Part shown: positions 1-6,450 of the stretch, piece by piece
Position numbering within the stretch: the stretch's first letter is position 1
Layout of the letters: each line of letters opens with the position of its first letter
NCBI RefSeq assembly: GCF_000368045.1
Contig: NZ_KB849235.1
Coordinates: forward strand, 61,643-77,107
Origin: Acinetobacter johnsonii CIP 64.6
GTDB lineage: Bacteria > Pseudomonadota > Gammaproteobacteria > Pseudomonadales > Moraxellaceae
Reading direction: 5' to 3'
DNA length: 15,465 nt
Translations under genes and position numbers: made by a program
Notes under the pieces: generated by a model
Databases searched by the model: none
What the model was told of the DNA's origin: nothing
What the model saw: the letters and a program-made list of their open reading frames with translations, nothing else

Positions 1-181
1 GCGCCCTTTGATCTGTCATAGCTGACTGTTTTGTAAATGTGCCGATTTTTCAATCAATAAGACCTCGAGGCGTAAATCTTTACCGGCATCTTATTTATGC
101 CTATATGCTCAATTTTATACTTAACAGACTGCGCTAGTTAAGGATAAAATTCGAGCTTAATTTTAAAAAGTGTGTTTAATC

Positions 182-511
182 ATGGAAATAGCATTAATAA
201 TTGTCCTATTGCTACTCATCGCCTTATTTTTCATTAGAAAGCAAAAAGCGCCTAAAGTCATAAATAACAGCAAAAACTTCAAAGAACTGGTTAAAAATAC
301 CTTTCCTAAGTACAGAATTATCGAGAAAAATCAGATGATTATGATTTGCGAATATAATCACCGCAATGAACCTGAAGAACTTATATTTATTCGTATTGAT
401 GCAAGTCAAAAGAAAAAAATGCATTATTCAGGTCGTATGCTGATAGCTGATTATCCATATATACCTAGCGCAAGAGAAATGAAATCAGACTTTGCACGTC
501 ATTTAAAATAG
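182..511 (+). CDS. hypothetical small protein with N-terminal transmembrane anchor
   Basis: Track ORF 170..511 starts at GTG; the first ATG is at 182 (MEIALIIVLLLLIALFFIRKQK = hydrophobic helix followed by basic residues). No family recognised and no clear RBS. Confidence 0.4.
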   Translation: MEIALIIVLLLLIALFFIRKQKAPKVINNSKNFKELVKNTFPKYRIIEKNQMIMICEYNHRNEPEELIFIRIDASQKKKMHYSGRMLIADYPYIPSAREMKSDFARHLK

Positions 512-669
512 TTTGCACGATAACGTTTTATAAACCGTCTTCTTCGGTAAAAGCGAAAAATCCAACAAATAGAATCAATAAAGCGATGTGAAAAGAAAAT
601 GCCTGTAAAAAATCCTGTAATCAGAAGCCATCCAAGCAAATGATTAATTACTTGTATTTCAGGTGTCAT
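499..669 (-). CDS. 56-aa hydrophobic/basic micro-protein coupled to the zot-like gene (hypothetical phage protein)
   Basis: Hand translation gives MTPEIQVINHLLGWLLITGFFTGIFFSHRFIDSICWIFRFYRRRRFIKRYRANYFK. Its ATG (669-667) overlaps the zot-like TGA (668-666) as ATGA, which suggests translational coupling. It is under 60 aa, so absent from the ORF track. Confidence 0.35.
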   Translation of the reverse strand: MTPEIQVINHLLGWLLITGFFTGIFFSHRFIDSICWIFRFYRRRRFIKRYRANYFK

Positions 670-1856
670 AGCGAATGTGCTCCATTAATATTTGACGGTG
701 GTTTTGTGCCAAATGGAATAGGCTCTGCTTTAACTTCAGGATTTTGTATCTGTTGTTCTTGAGTTTGTGGCTGTGCAGATGCAAATTGATATGACGCAAC
801 TTGTTCAGGTTGCTTGTATGGATTAAATGGACGGTCACCGTTCATAGTTCGCTTACAAAGCTGTTTATCTGCATCATGAATGATTGAACCTTGTTGGTCA
901 TAAGCAACTAAAGAGCCGTTTTTGGTTTTCATGCAACCACTAAATACTCGATGGACAATTGGAGCTGGTGCAACGTCATAAGAATAATCGTAAGGATCAG
1001 AAATTTTATATGAAGCCGTTATAACTTCTAAATTATTTCCAGTTTTTTGCTCAAGTTCTGCATTTTTCTGCTGTAGACCTTTAGGATCGTAAGCCTCTAA
1101 GCATTGTTCTTTAGTCCATTTAAATTGTTCTTGGCACAATTTAACTTTTTTATCTAATTCGGAAACTTGTTGCTGTTCTAGTTCTTTTTGTATGCCCTGT
1201 TTTTCTTGCACTGATTTACCAGTAAAAAAGGACTGTGTTTCAGGCTTATAAACAAGATAAAGAACAAATCCAAGCATACCCAAAGCAATTGCAAATGTGC
1301 CTAAAATCTTGGTAGGAATTTTGAATTTTACATGGTGAGCCGTTGCGGATTTATAGAGCTTGAATACATCTTTTGGGTAAACAAATTGAAAGTTATTTTC
1401 TGAACGTTCTTTAGCAGCTTCGGAGTTTGGTTGTTTCTGTGCACCTCTCCAGTAGTAAACAGAAGCCAACTTTGCACCGTAAGGACGATGCAAGTGATAG
1501 TGCTCACCGATAAGGTCGGTAACAAATGAGTTCAAGAATCTAGTGCTTTGAGTTATGAAATATATGTCATGCCCTGTATGTCTATGAACTTGAAGCTTTT
1601 GTACAATTTCGTCACGGTTGGCACTTGTACCCGACCTAAAGCGCTCATGTTGCTGAGCTTCATCATAGAAGATAATCGAGTTATCAGGCGTTTCACGCCA
1701 ATCTTCAGGACTACGTTCTACCCCATCAATTTGCAGACCCTCAATGTCTGCAAAAATTTGACGTTCAGGAAATTGTTTTTGCAATTCTAAGATTTTGGCA
1801 ACTGCAAATAGTGATTTACCTGAACCAGGTGTGCCTGTAATTAATATCATACTCAT
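666..1856 (-). CDS. zot: Zot-like / pI-like phage assembly ATPase
   Basis: N-terminal Walker A GTPGSGKS and Walker B IIFYDEAQ. Central TM helix ILGTFAIALGMLGFVLYLVY followed by a coiled-coil-like periplasmic tail. It is the last gene of the morphogenesis block. Confidence 0.85.
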   Translation of the reverse strand: MSMILITGTPGSGKSLFAVAKILELQKQFPERQIFADIEGLQIDGVERSPEDWRETPDNSIIFYDEAQQHERFRSGTSANRDEIVQKLQVHRHTGHDIYFITQSTRFLNSFVTDLIGEHYHLHRPYGAKLASVYYWRGAQKQPNSEAAKERSENNFQFVYPKDVFKLYKSATAHHVKFKIPTKILGTFAIALGMLGFVLYLVYKPETQSFFTGKSVQEKQGIQKELEQQQVSELDKKVKLCQEQFKWTKEQCLEAYDPKGLQQKNAELEQKTGNNLEVITASYKISDPYDYSYDVAPAPIVHRVFSGCMKTKNGSLVAYDQQGSIIHDADKQLCKRTMNGDRPFNPYKQPEQVASYQFASAQPQTQEQQIQNPEVKAEPIPFGTKPPSNINGAHSL

Positions 1857-2137
1857 TTTGGTGTACCTACAAAACGCATTGCTTTTGAACGCATATAAAC
1901 GTGAGCGATAATTGCACCTGCCATAATTGCGAGTGCTGTATCAACACCCGCTAGACCTAAAGCATTTGCACCTAATCCTGTGATAGAGCCGAACTTTGAT
2001 GATGATTCGGCTAGTACGGTTTGAATCAATTGATTTAAAAATGCAAAGGTGATCATTGATAAACCCATGCCTTTAATAAATTTGGCTAGACCTGAACTAA
2101 CACCCCATTCGAAAATCTTGAAAAGTATCTTGCCCAT
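1853..2137 (-). CDS. g6p-like minor coat protein (DUF2523-like position and composition)
   Basis: Small hydrophobic Gly/Ala-rich protein between the adsorption protein and the Zot-like gene. The likely start, MGKILFKIF at 2137, lies 1 nt after the g3p-like TGA. Its stop overlaps the zot ATG as ATGA (1853-1856). Confidence 0.55.
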   Translation of the reverse strand: MGKILFKIFEWGVSSGLAKFIKGMGLSMITFAFLNQLIQTVLAESSSKFGSITGLGANALGLAGVDTALAIMAGAIIAHVYMRSKAMRFVGTPK

Positions 2138-2138
2138 A

Positions 2139-3626
2139 TCAATTCCCCGAATTGAAAGAAGCATTGCCAATCAGTTTGACCGCCCAAAATGATGCAAGTG
2201 CTATAACGAAAGGTTTAATACCTGAAAAGAAGTCACAAAAAGGCTTCATAGGAAAAACAAAGCTCATTTCTTGTCCCATAAGATTTAGAGAAAGGTTTTC
2301 ATCTGGTGGACATTGAGCATTAAATTTTGCAATTGAAAAAGGCGTAAAAGGTACGTTAATTTCTTCAAATACTGGCTCTGGTTCTTCGGGCTGATCAGGT
2401 TCTTCTTTTGTCCAGTTTATCCAGTCACAGACAATACCTGCCCAGTCACAAAATGCAGGTAATTGTAATGAACCTGTACTTGTTCCCGTTGTTGTTTGAT
2501 TGCCCGTTACTGGGTCTGTTGTCGTTTCTGTTTTTGTTTCTGTCTCAGTTTTGGCTGATGTGTCGGGTGTTGTTACGTATCCCTCTACTGTTTTCTCACC
2601 GTCTGTTATTTTGTAATAACCTGATGGTTTATCAGATGTGGCATTTGTCGTTGGATTATCAAAAGCACGATCAACAGCTTCATTCATATCGTTAGCCGTA
2701 CCAATAGCAATTGTATTGCTTGAATCGTCTTGACCCTCACTAGCATCGAACAAATATGCAGCCTTTAATGCTTCAGCAATAGCAGTAGCCAAAGCAGGGT
2801 TATTTGATTCAAGAGCGTTTTTAAGTGCTTCTGTTAATTGTTCTTGAGTAACATCAATATTTTCGGGATTTGGTGAAGAAGGATTATAAGCGGGGTTTGG
2901 ATAACGTACGGCATTGTATCCACACCCAACAGGTGAGCCATCTTTATAAACACAATAATAAAAATAATCAGGAGAAACAACGGGAGGGTTTTGCGCTGCG
3001 GTGACTACACAAGAAGCAGAAGGACCACAAATAGACGGATTTGATTTTGCACCTGCTAACGCAGCATCTAGGGGTTTTACGGCTTTTTTACCTTGCGAAT
3101 CCCAATAGTATTGCACACTAGGATCAGTTGGATCTTCAGACTCATATGGTTTTGTAACTTTTCCGCCTTCATCCATGACCCACCCGACACCATCAACTAG
3201 GGCTTGTACAGCAGCTCCACCGAGAAAAGAAGGAATAGAAGCTTTACCAGCGTGTTTAGCATAATCTTTAGCTTTACCTAAGCGATCAGCTAATGTTTTA
3301 GCAGCTTTACCAGTGTCCGCAGGTTGAGTTACTTTAGCGACAACCTCTGCTTTTCCACCACTTTCAAGAACACCAGAACGAGTAAGCATTTGTTCAACAT
3401 TAGTACGTTTTGTTCCCTCATTCATATAAATTCTTGCATCTAATTCGGCAAGGTTTCTTTTCATGCCTGCGTCATAGTTAGCCTGACTTTTAAAATTATT
3501 CTGTAAGCGTTTTAATGACTGTGCAGGCGTGTCATTGCGTGGGTTTGCAGGCAAGTCAGATGCATAAGTGGTTATGCTGAAAAAACAAGCCAAAGTGCAA
3601 AACAAAAAACGAAAATTATTAACCAT
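2139..3626 (-). CDS. g3p-like adsorption / minor coat protein (495 aa from the internal start)
   Basis: Signal-peptide-like start MVNNFRFLFCTLACFFSITTYA at 3626, preceded by AGGGGGA 8 nt upstream. Thr/Glu-rich low-complexity linker (TSAKTETETKTETTTDPVTGNQTTTGTSTGS), then an acidic PEEPEP stretch and a hydrophobic C-terminal anchor (FVIALASFWAVKLIG). It sits directly after the coat-gene terminator, as in Ff phages. Confidence 0.6.
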   Translation of the reverse strand: MVNNFRFLFCTLACFFSITTYASDLPANPRNDTPAQSLKRLQNNFKSQANYDAGMKRNLAELDARIYMNEGTKRTNVEQMLTRSGVLESGGKAEVVAKVTQPADTGKAAKTLADRLGKAKDYAKHAGKASIPSFLGGAAVQALVDGVGWVMDEGGKVTKPYESEDPTDPSVQYYWDSQGKKAVKPLDAALAGAKSNPSICGPSASCVVTAAQNPPVVSPDYFYYCVYKDGSPVGCGYNAVRYPNPAYNPSSPNPENIDVTQEQLTEALKNALESNNPALATAIAEALKAAYLFDASEGQDDSSNTIAIGTANDMNEAVDRAFDNPTTNATSDKPSGYYKITDGEKTVEGYVTTPDTSAKTETETKTETTTDPVTGNQTTTGTSTGSLQLPAFCDWAGIVCDWINWTKEEPDQPEEPEPVFEEINVPFTPFSIAKFNAQCPPDENLSLNLMGQEMSFVFPMKPFCDFFSGIKPFVIALASFWAVKLIGNASFNSGN

Positions 3627-3642
3627 CCCATATATCCCCCTA

Positions 3643-3696
3643 TAAAAAAGGCTCGACATGTCCGATCCGTAGGTCGGCAGTCGAGCCTTTTTTTTA
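3643..3696 (-). terminator. rho-independent terminator after the major coat gene
   Basis: AGGCTCGAC (3649-3657) pairs with GTCGAGCCT (3680-3688). A runs and T runs flank it on both sides. It lies between the coat-gene stop (3703) and the g3p-like start. Confidence 0.6.
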
Positions 3697-3702
3697 TTTA
3701 AA

Positions 3703-3921
3703 TTAAAGTGCTCGGCGGATCAACTTCCAACCTTTAATCGCAATCAGTACTGTTAAAATCGCACCACCTACAACAGCAATTGGTGCCATTAAAGCAGTAA
3801 TTGCAGATGCATCAGCTTTAACAGCGCCATCTTCAGCCATTGCCAAAACTGGTGCTAGTGCAACAGATGCAACTACAGCTTTTTGAGCTAGACTTAATTT
3901 TTTGTTTTCTACAGTTTTCAT
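3703..3921 (-). CDS. major coat protein (g8p-like), 72-aa precursor
   Basis: Internal ATG at 3921 with GGAGA 6 nt upstream. Signal peptide MKTVENKKLSLAQKAVVASVALAPVLAMA. The mature ~43 aa has an acidic N-terminus (EDGAVKAD), a hydrophobic core and a basic C-terminus (KGWKLIRRAL). Confidence 0.8.
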   Translation of the reverse strand: MKTVENKKLSLAQKAVVASVALAPVLAMAEDGAVKADASAITALMAPIAVVGGAILTVLIAIKGWKLIRRAL

Positions 3922-3934
3922 GACATTTCTCCAG

Positions 3935-4108
3935 TCATTTAAGTAATTGACCGATTTTTTTATAGCCCCATGCAAGACCCAAAACAGCAAGAATTGCAGT
4001 ACAAACTAAATAAGCATCGGACGTTGATAGTTCGGGTAATACTCCCGATTGAACAACCCATGTTGTGCATGTGTTTTCTATAAGTTCAGCGCAGACATAG
4101 GTCGTCAT
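3935..4108 (-). CDS. 57-aa membrane micro-protein, candidate minor coat protein (g9p/g7p position)
   Basis: Hand translation gives MTTYVCAELIENTCTTWVVQSGVLPELSTSDAYLVCTAILAVLGLAWGYKKIGQLLK: a C-terminal TM helix plus a basic tail. A GGGGG run lies 7 nt upstream of the ATG. The stop lies in the coat-gene RBS region. Confidence 0.45.
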   Translation of the reverse strand: MTTYVCAELIENTCTTWVVQSGVLPELSTSDAYLVCTAILAVLGLAWGYKKIGQLLK

Positions 4109-4111
4109 TCT

Positions 4112-4222
4112 TTAGCCCCCACATTTCGTCATGTGAAAAGCAATATTGTTTTTATGCATTAAGTTGAAGCACTTAGGACATTCGCGGATGTCGCTTCCAA
4201 ATAACACGTATTTGATGTTCAT
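4112..4222 (-). CDS. 36-aa Cys/His micro-protein (hypothetical)
   Basis: Hand translation gives MNIKYVLFGSDIRECPKCFNLMHKNNIAFHMTKCGG (CxxC ... HxxxC). The ATG lies 2 nt after the ssb-like stop and AAGG lies 7 nt upstream. It fills the gap before the next micro-ORF exactly. Confidence 0.35.
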   Translation of the reverse strand: MNIKYVLFGSDIRECPKCFNLMHKNNIAFHMTKCGG

Positions 4223-4224
4223 AC

Positions 4225-4518
4225 TTAGACCTTCGGTGGAAGAATCACGTTGGTAAGCACTTGCTTGGTGCTACGACCTGTAGACACTAGATCAAGTTCT
4301 AAAGTCGCTTCGAACGGGAATTTACGCCCTTGTAACTGGACTAAATTACGTGAATCTTGCCATTTAAATTCGGCAGCACCCTGCCCAACCGCATTGCCTT
4401 GAGAGGTGTCCATAGGGATAAGAGCAAAGAGCGTGACGTGGTCATAATGACGGCCGTCTTCTGACTTCCAATCCGTTGATTTTGCGCCAACTAAAGTAAC
4501 TTTCATTTGTTGTGACAT
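4225..4518 (-). CDS. putative ssDNA-binding protein (g5p/RstB position)
   Basis: 97-aa ORF immediately downstream of the replication initiator, matching inovirus g5p in size and position. No motif recognised with certainty. Confidence 0.5.
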   Translation of the reverse strand: MSQQMKVTLVGAKSTDWKSEDGRHYDHVTLFALIPMDTSQGNAVGQGAAEFKWQDSRNLVQLQGRKFPFEATLELDLVSTGRSTKQVLTNVILPPKV

Positions 4519-4521
4519 TGT

Positions 4522-5688
4522 TTACATCCTCATAGCAGTAAGTGTTAAGTGCTCTAACCGTTTGGGAATAGCCAACGGATCAGAACAAGAAATAATGTTA
4601 ATAAGTTCTTCAGGTTCAAAAACTTTCTTAAATACGTTGATATATTTGCCGTATTGTTTTTTGATAATTTCTAAAGCAGCGTGTGCATTGATTGAAGCTG
4701 CCTTTTTCATGGTTTCGATACGTTCAGGCTGTATATCTTCTGAGAGCATTTGAAAGCATGGATATGCAGCAATAAAATATTCAGAAGGTGACAAAAGCAT
4801 GGTGAACGGCAAAATACGGTCACGTGACTTAAACTCTACTTCAGCACGTTGCCAGTTATCATCTGGATCGCCCTCTGCCCGACCCTTTTCGTACAGTCGT
4901 AAATACTTACCTGATTCACGTGAGCCGATATTAAGAGTACGACCCCGACCGTTTGGACGTTTCCAATTGCCTTTATGCTCTACGTTCGGAGCACGGTTTC
5001 CGTTTTGGAATCCTCCCATGCCATCCATCATGTTTCCCCAGTCAACATTGATACGTTTTCCGTCAAAATCATCATGAGCAATGTCTACACGAGTTAATTT
5101 TCCACGTGTTGCAACCGTTGTCAGGAATGTATAAAGGCGTTGTTCCCAACCCTCTTTGGCCATTGAGCAGCCACGACCCGAAAGCATGACTAGGTATGTG
5201 TTTCGTTGACCGCCAACGCAGACAAATCCGCACTTATCGCCAATTTCAAACGAGCTTTGGTACATATTTTTCTTGCCTTTATCGACAAGGGTTAGCTGTA
5301 ATCCGAAGATGTGCTCTATATGTTTTTCAATTTCTAGAGCCATTGCGAAATTTAATTCTGTTTCATTGATGCTTTGATCATCATTGAGCGCATTTACAAA
5401 CTTGTGGTCTAAAGTGCCACAGCTATCAGTAAAGTTGACCCAGTCAATGACTGCAATTTGATTATCAGCAGGTAAACGGCATTGAACTTGTTTAGCCCCA
5501 CGTGAAGTCATGACCATATGTAGATGAGGAACTGCGAATGGACGCTCAAAAGGCAAAGGCAGATCGGCATCTTTCAAATGGGAGTGCATGGATTCGAATT
5601 CGGTTACCCCCATCTTATTAATGGGGGTATCTAAAAATCCCATTCCCCACGTACAAACTTGTGGTATTGATTGTTTTTTGTTCAACAT
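4522..5688 (-). CDS. rolling-circle replication initiation protein (RstA / Rep_trans-like)
   Basis: 388 aa. Contains RVDIAHDDFDG and GKYLRLYEKG, which I recognise as the R-x-Y-D/E-K signature of the Rep_trans/RstA family. It is the first large gene of the leftward operon. Confidence 0.75.
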   Translation of the reverse strand: MLNKKQSIPQVCTWGMGFLDTPINKMGVTEFESMHSHLKDADLPLPFERPFAVPHLHMVMTSRGAKQVQCRLPADNQIAVIDWVNFTDSCGTLDHKFVNALNDDQSINETELNFAMALEIEKHIEHIFGLQLTLVDKGKKNMYQSSFEIGDKCGFVCVGGQRNTYLVMLSGRGCSMAKEGWEQRLYTFLTTVATRGKLTRVDIAHDDFDGKRINVDWGNMMDGMGGFQNGNRAPNVEHKGNWKRPNGRGRTLNIGSRESGKYLRLYEKGRAEGDPDDNWQRAEVEFKSRDRILPFTMLLSPSEYFIAAYPCFQMLSEDIQPERIETMKKAASINAHAALEIIKKQYGKYINVFKKVFEPEELINIISCSDPLAIPKRLEHLTLTAMRM

Positions 5689-5906
5689 TATTCAATCCCC
5701 ATATCACGCATGATGTCGTTTTCTTGTTTTAGTGAATCGCAGTACTCAGCAACTTTTGCAGAACGATAGCCCCAGTGCCCCATTACCATTTCAATATGGA
5801 AAAGTACCTTTTCAGAGTCATAAGCAGGATTTCCACCCATGATCAGTTGGCACGCATCATCGAAGATGATTTTTGAGACGGTTTCAAAAGCTTGTTCTGT
5901 TGTCAT
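5688..5906 (-). CDS. hypothetical phage protein (72 aa), first gene of the leftward operon
   Basis: AGGTG lies 5 nt upstream of the ATG at 5906. Its stop overlaps the rep ATG (TAATG at 5686-5690). Confidence 0.5.
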   Translation of the reverse strand: MTTEQAFETVSKIIFDDACQLIMGGNPAYDSEKVLFHIEMVMGHWGYRSAKVAEYCDSLKQENDIMRDMGIE

Positions 5907-5919
5907 ATAGCACCTGAAA

Positions 5920-6000
5920 GTATACTGGTATACCCTAATTCGCTAATCGTACATAGGTATACCAGTATACGCAAGGATATTTGTATATAAACGTATACAA
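5920..6000. promoter_or_regulatory. divergent promoter/operator region with GTATAC-core palindromes
   Basis: GTATACTGGTATACC (5920-5934) and its exact reverse complement GGTATACCAGTATAC (5956-5970). A third site, TTGTATA-N6-TATACAA, is at 5981-6000. Candidate leftward promoter: TTGCGT (complement of 5969-5974), 17-nt spacer, TACGAT (complement of 5946-5951); an operator arm fills the spacer. Confidence 0.55.
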
Positions 6001-6027
6001 TATTTTAATTTAGTACAGGAGAGTGAA

Positions 6028-6222
6028 ATGGCTCAGACAGTAAAACTGAACAAATGGGAGCAGGAAGTGCTTGAAGCTAGGCTTAATTATTTAAATAAAA
6101 AGCTAGTAATGAATGGATTTAGAACACTTAAATCAGAAAGCGAGATAGTACACAAAATCATTGAAATGACGATCAACAAGGTCGACATTGACCAAGATGG
6201 AAACTTAAGATTAAAAAACTAA
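6028..6222 (+). CDS. small putative RHH-type transcriptional regulator (phage repressor candidate)
   Basis: AGGAGAG RBS at 6017-6023. 64 aa with a beta-strand/helix/helix pattern (TVKL / KWEQEVLEARLNYLNKK / SESEIVHKIIEMTI). It is divergent from the rep operon, as rstR is in CTXphi. Confidence 0.5.
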   Translation: MAQTVKLNKWEQEVLEARLNYLNKKLVMNGFRTLKSESEIVHKIIEMTINKVDIDQDGNLRLKN

Positions 6223-6254
6223 TAATTTATGTCGATCCTGATTACTAAATAAAA

Positions 6255-6280
6255 AAAGGGCTATATGCCCTTTTCCTTTT
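6255..6280 (+). terminator. rho-independent terminator after the regulator gene
   Basis: AAAGGGC-TATAT-GCCCTTT stem-loop followed by TCCTTTTT. Confidence 0.5.
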
Positions 6281-6288
6281 TGCGCTCG

Positions 6289-6317
6289 ATGTCGCATAAC
6301 GTAATTTTATGTTAAAT
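6289..6317 (+). other. dif-like XerC/XerD recombination site
   Basis: ATGTCGCATAA-CGTAATT-TTATGTTAAAT. The right arm is identical to the canonical XerD arm TTATGTTAAAT of E. coli dif. The left arm is close to xxTxCGCATAA XerC arms. The central region is 7 nt rather than 6. Confidence 0.5.
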
Positions 6318-6450
6318 TGAGTACATGATACGTTAAGTTCATAGATCTCTATGCTTAACCTAAAATCAATCACTTATATAAAATAATATTTCACATTGAG
6401 TTCACTTATGTTTATATTTTATTTACTTCATAAAGTTCTTGGTAGTTAGA

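Larger units (their letters stand above)
499..6317 (-). mobile_element. filamentous (Inoviridae-type) prophage; left boundary not defined
   Basis: Collinear minus-strand module rep / ssb / 2 micro-ORFs / major coat / terminator / g3p-like / g6p-like / Zot-like, with overlapping stop-start codons. A divergent small regulator and a dif-like site lie at the right edge. Confidence 0.75.

Noticed and set aside
224-424. 66-aa minus-strand ORF inside the 182-511 ORF
   Set aside because: It lies entirely antisense to a longer ORF and has an odd composition. It is most likely a shadow frame in AT-rich DNA.
1328-1790. Track ORFs 1328..1525 (-) and 1548..1790 (+) inside the zot-like gene
   Set aside because: They are embedded in or antisense to a gene with clear Walker motifs. 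They have no RBS and no family resemblance.
666-1856. Calling the Zot-like protein an enterotoxin or virulence factor
   Set aside because: The visible motifs (P-loop, TM helix) are those of the pI-type assembly ATPase common to all inoviruses. Nothing in the sequence supports toxin activity.
2408-2695. 95-aa plus-strand ORF opposite the adsorption protein gene
   Set aside because: This is the antisense reading of the Thr/Glu-rich linker, which gives a Leu/Phe-rich artefact.
3922-3990. N-terminal extension of the major coat ORF (MLFWVLHGAIKKSVNYLNDWRNV)
   Set aside because: It overlaps the upstream 57-aa ORF and lacks an RBS. The internal ATG at 3921 has GGAGA and yields a normal signal peptide.
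4562-5077. Plus-strand ORFs 4562..4753 and 4799..5077 opposite the rep gene
   Set aside because: Antisense shadow frames. The second is Arg/Ser/Pro-rich, which is typical of a non-coding frame.
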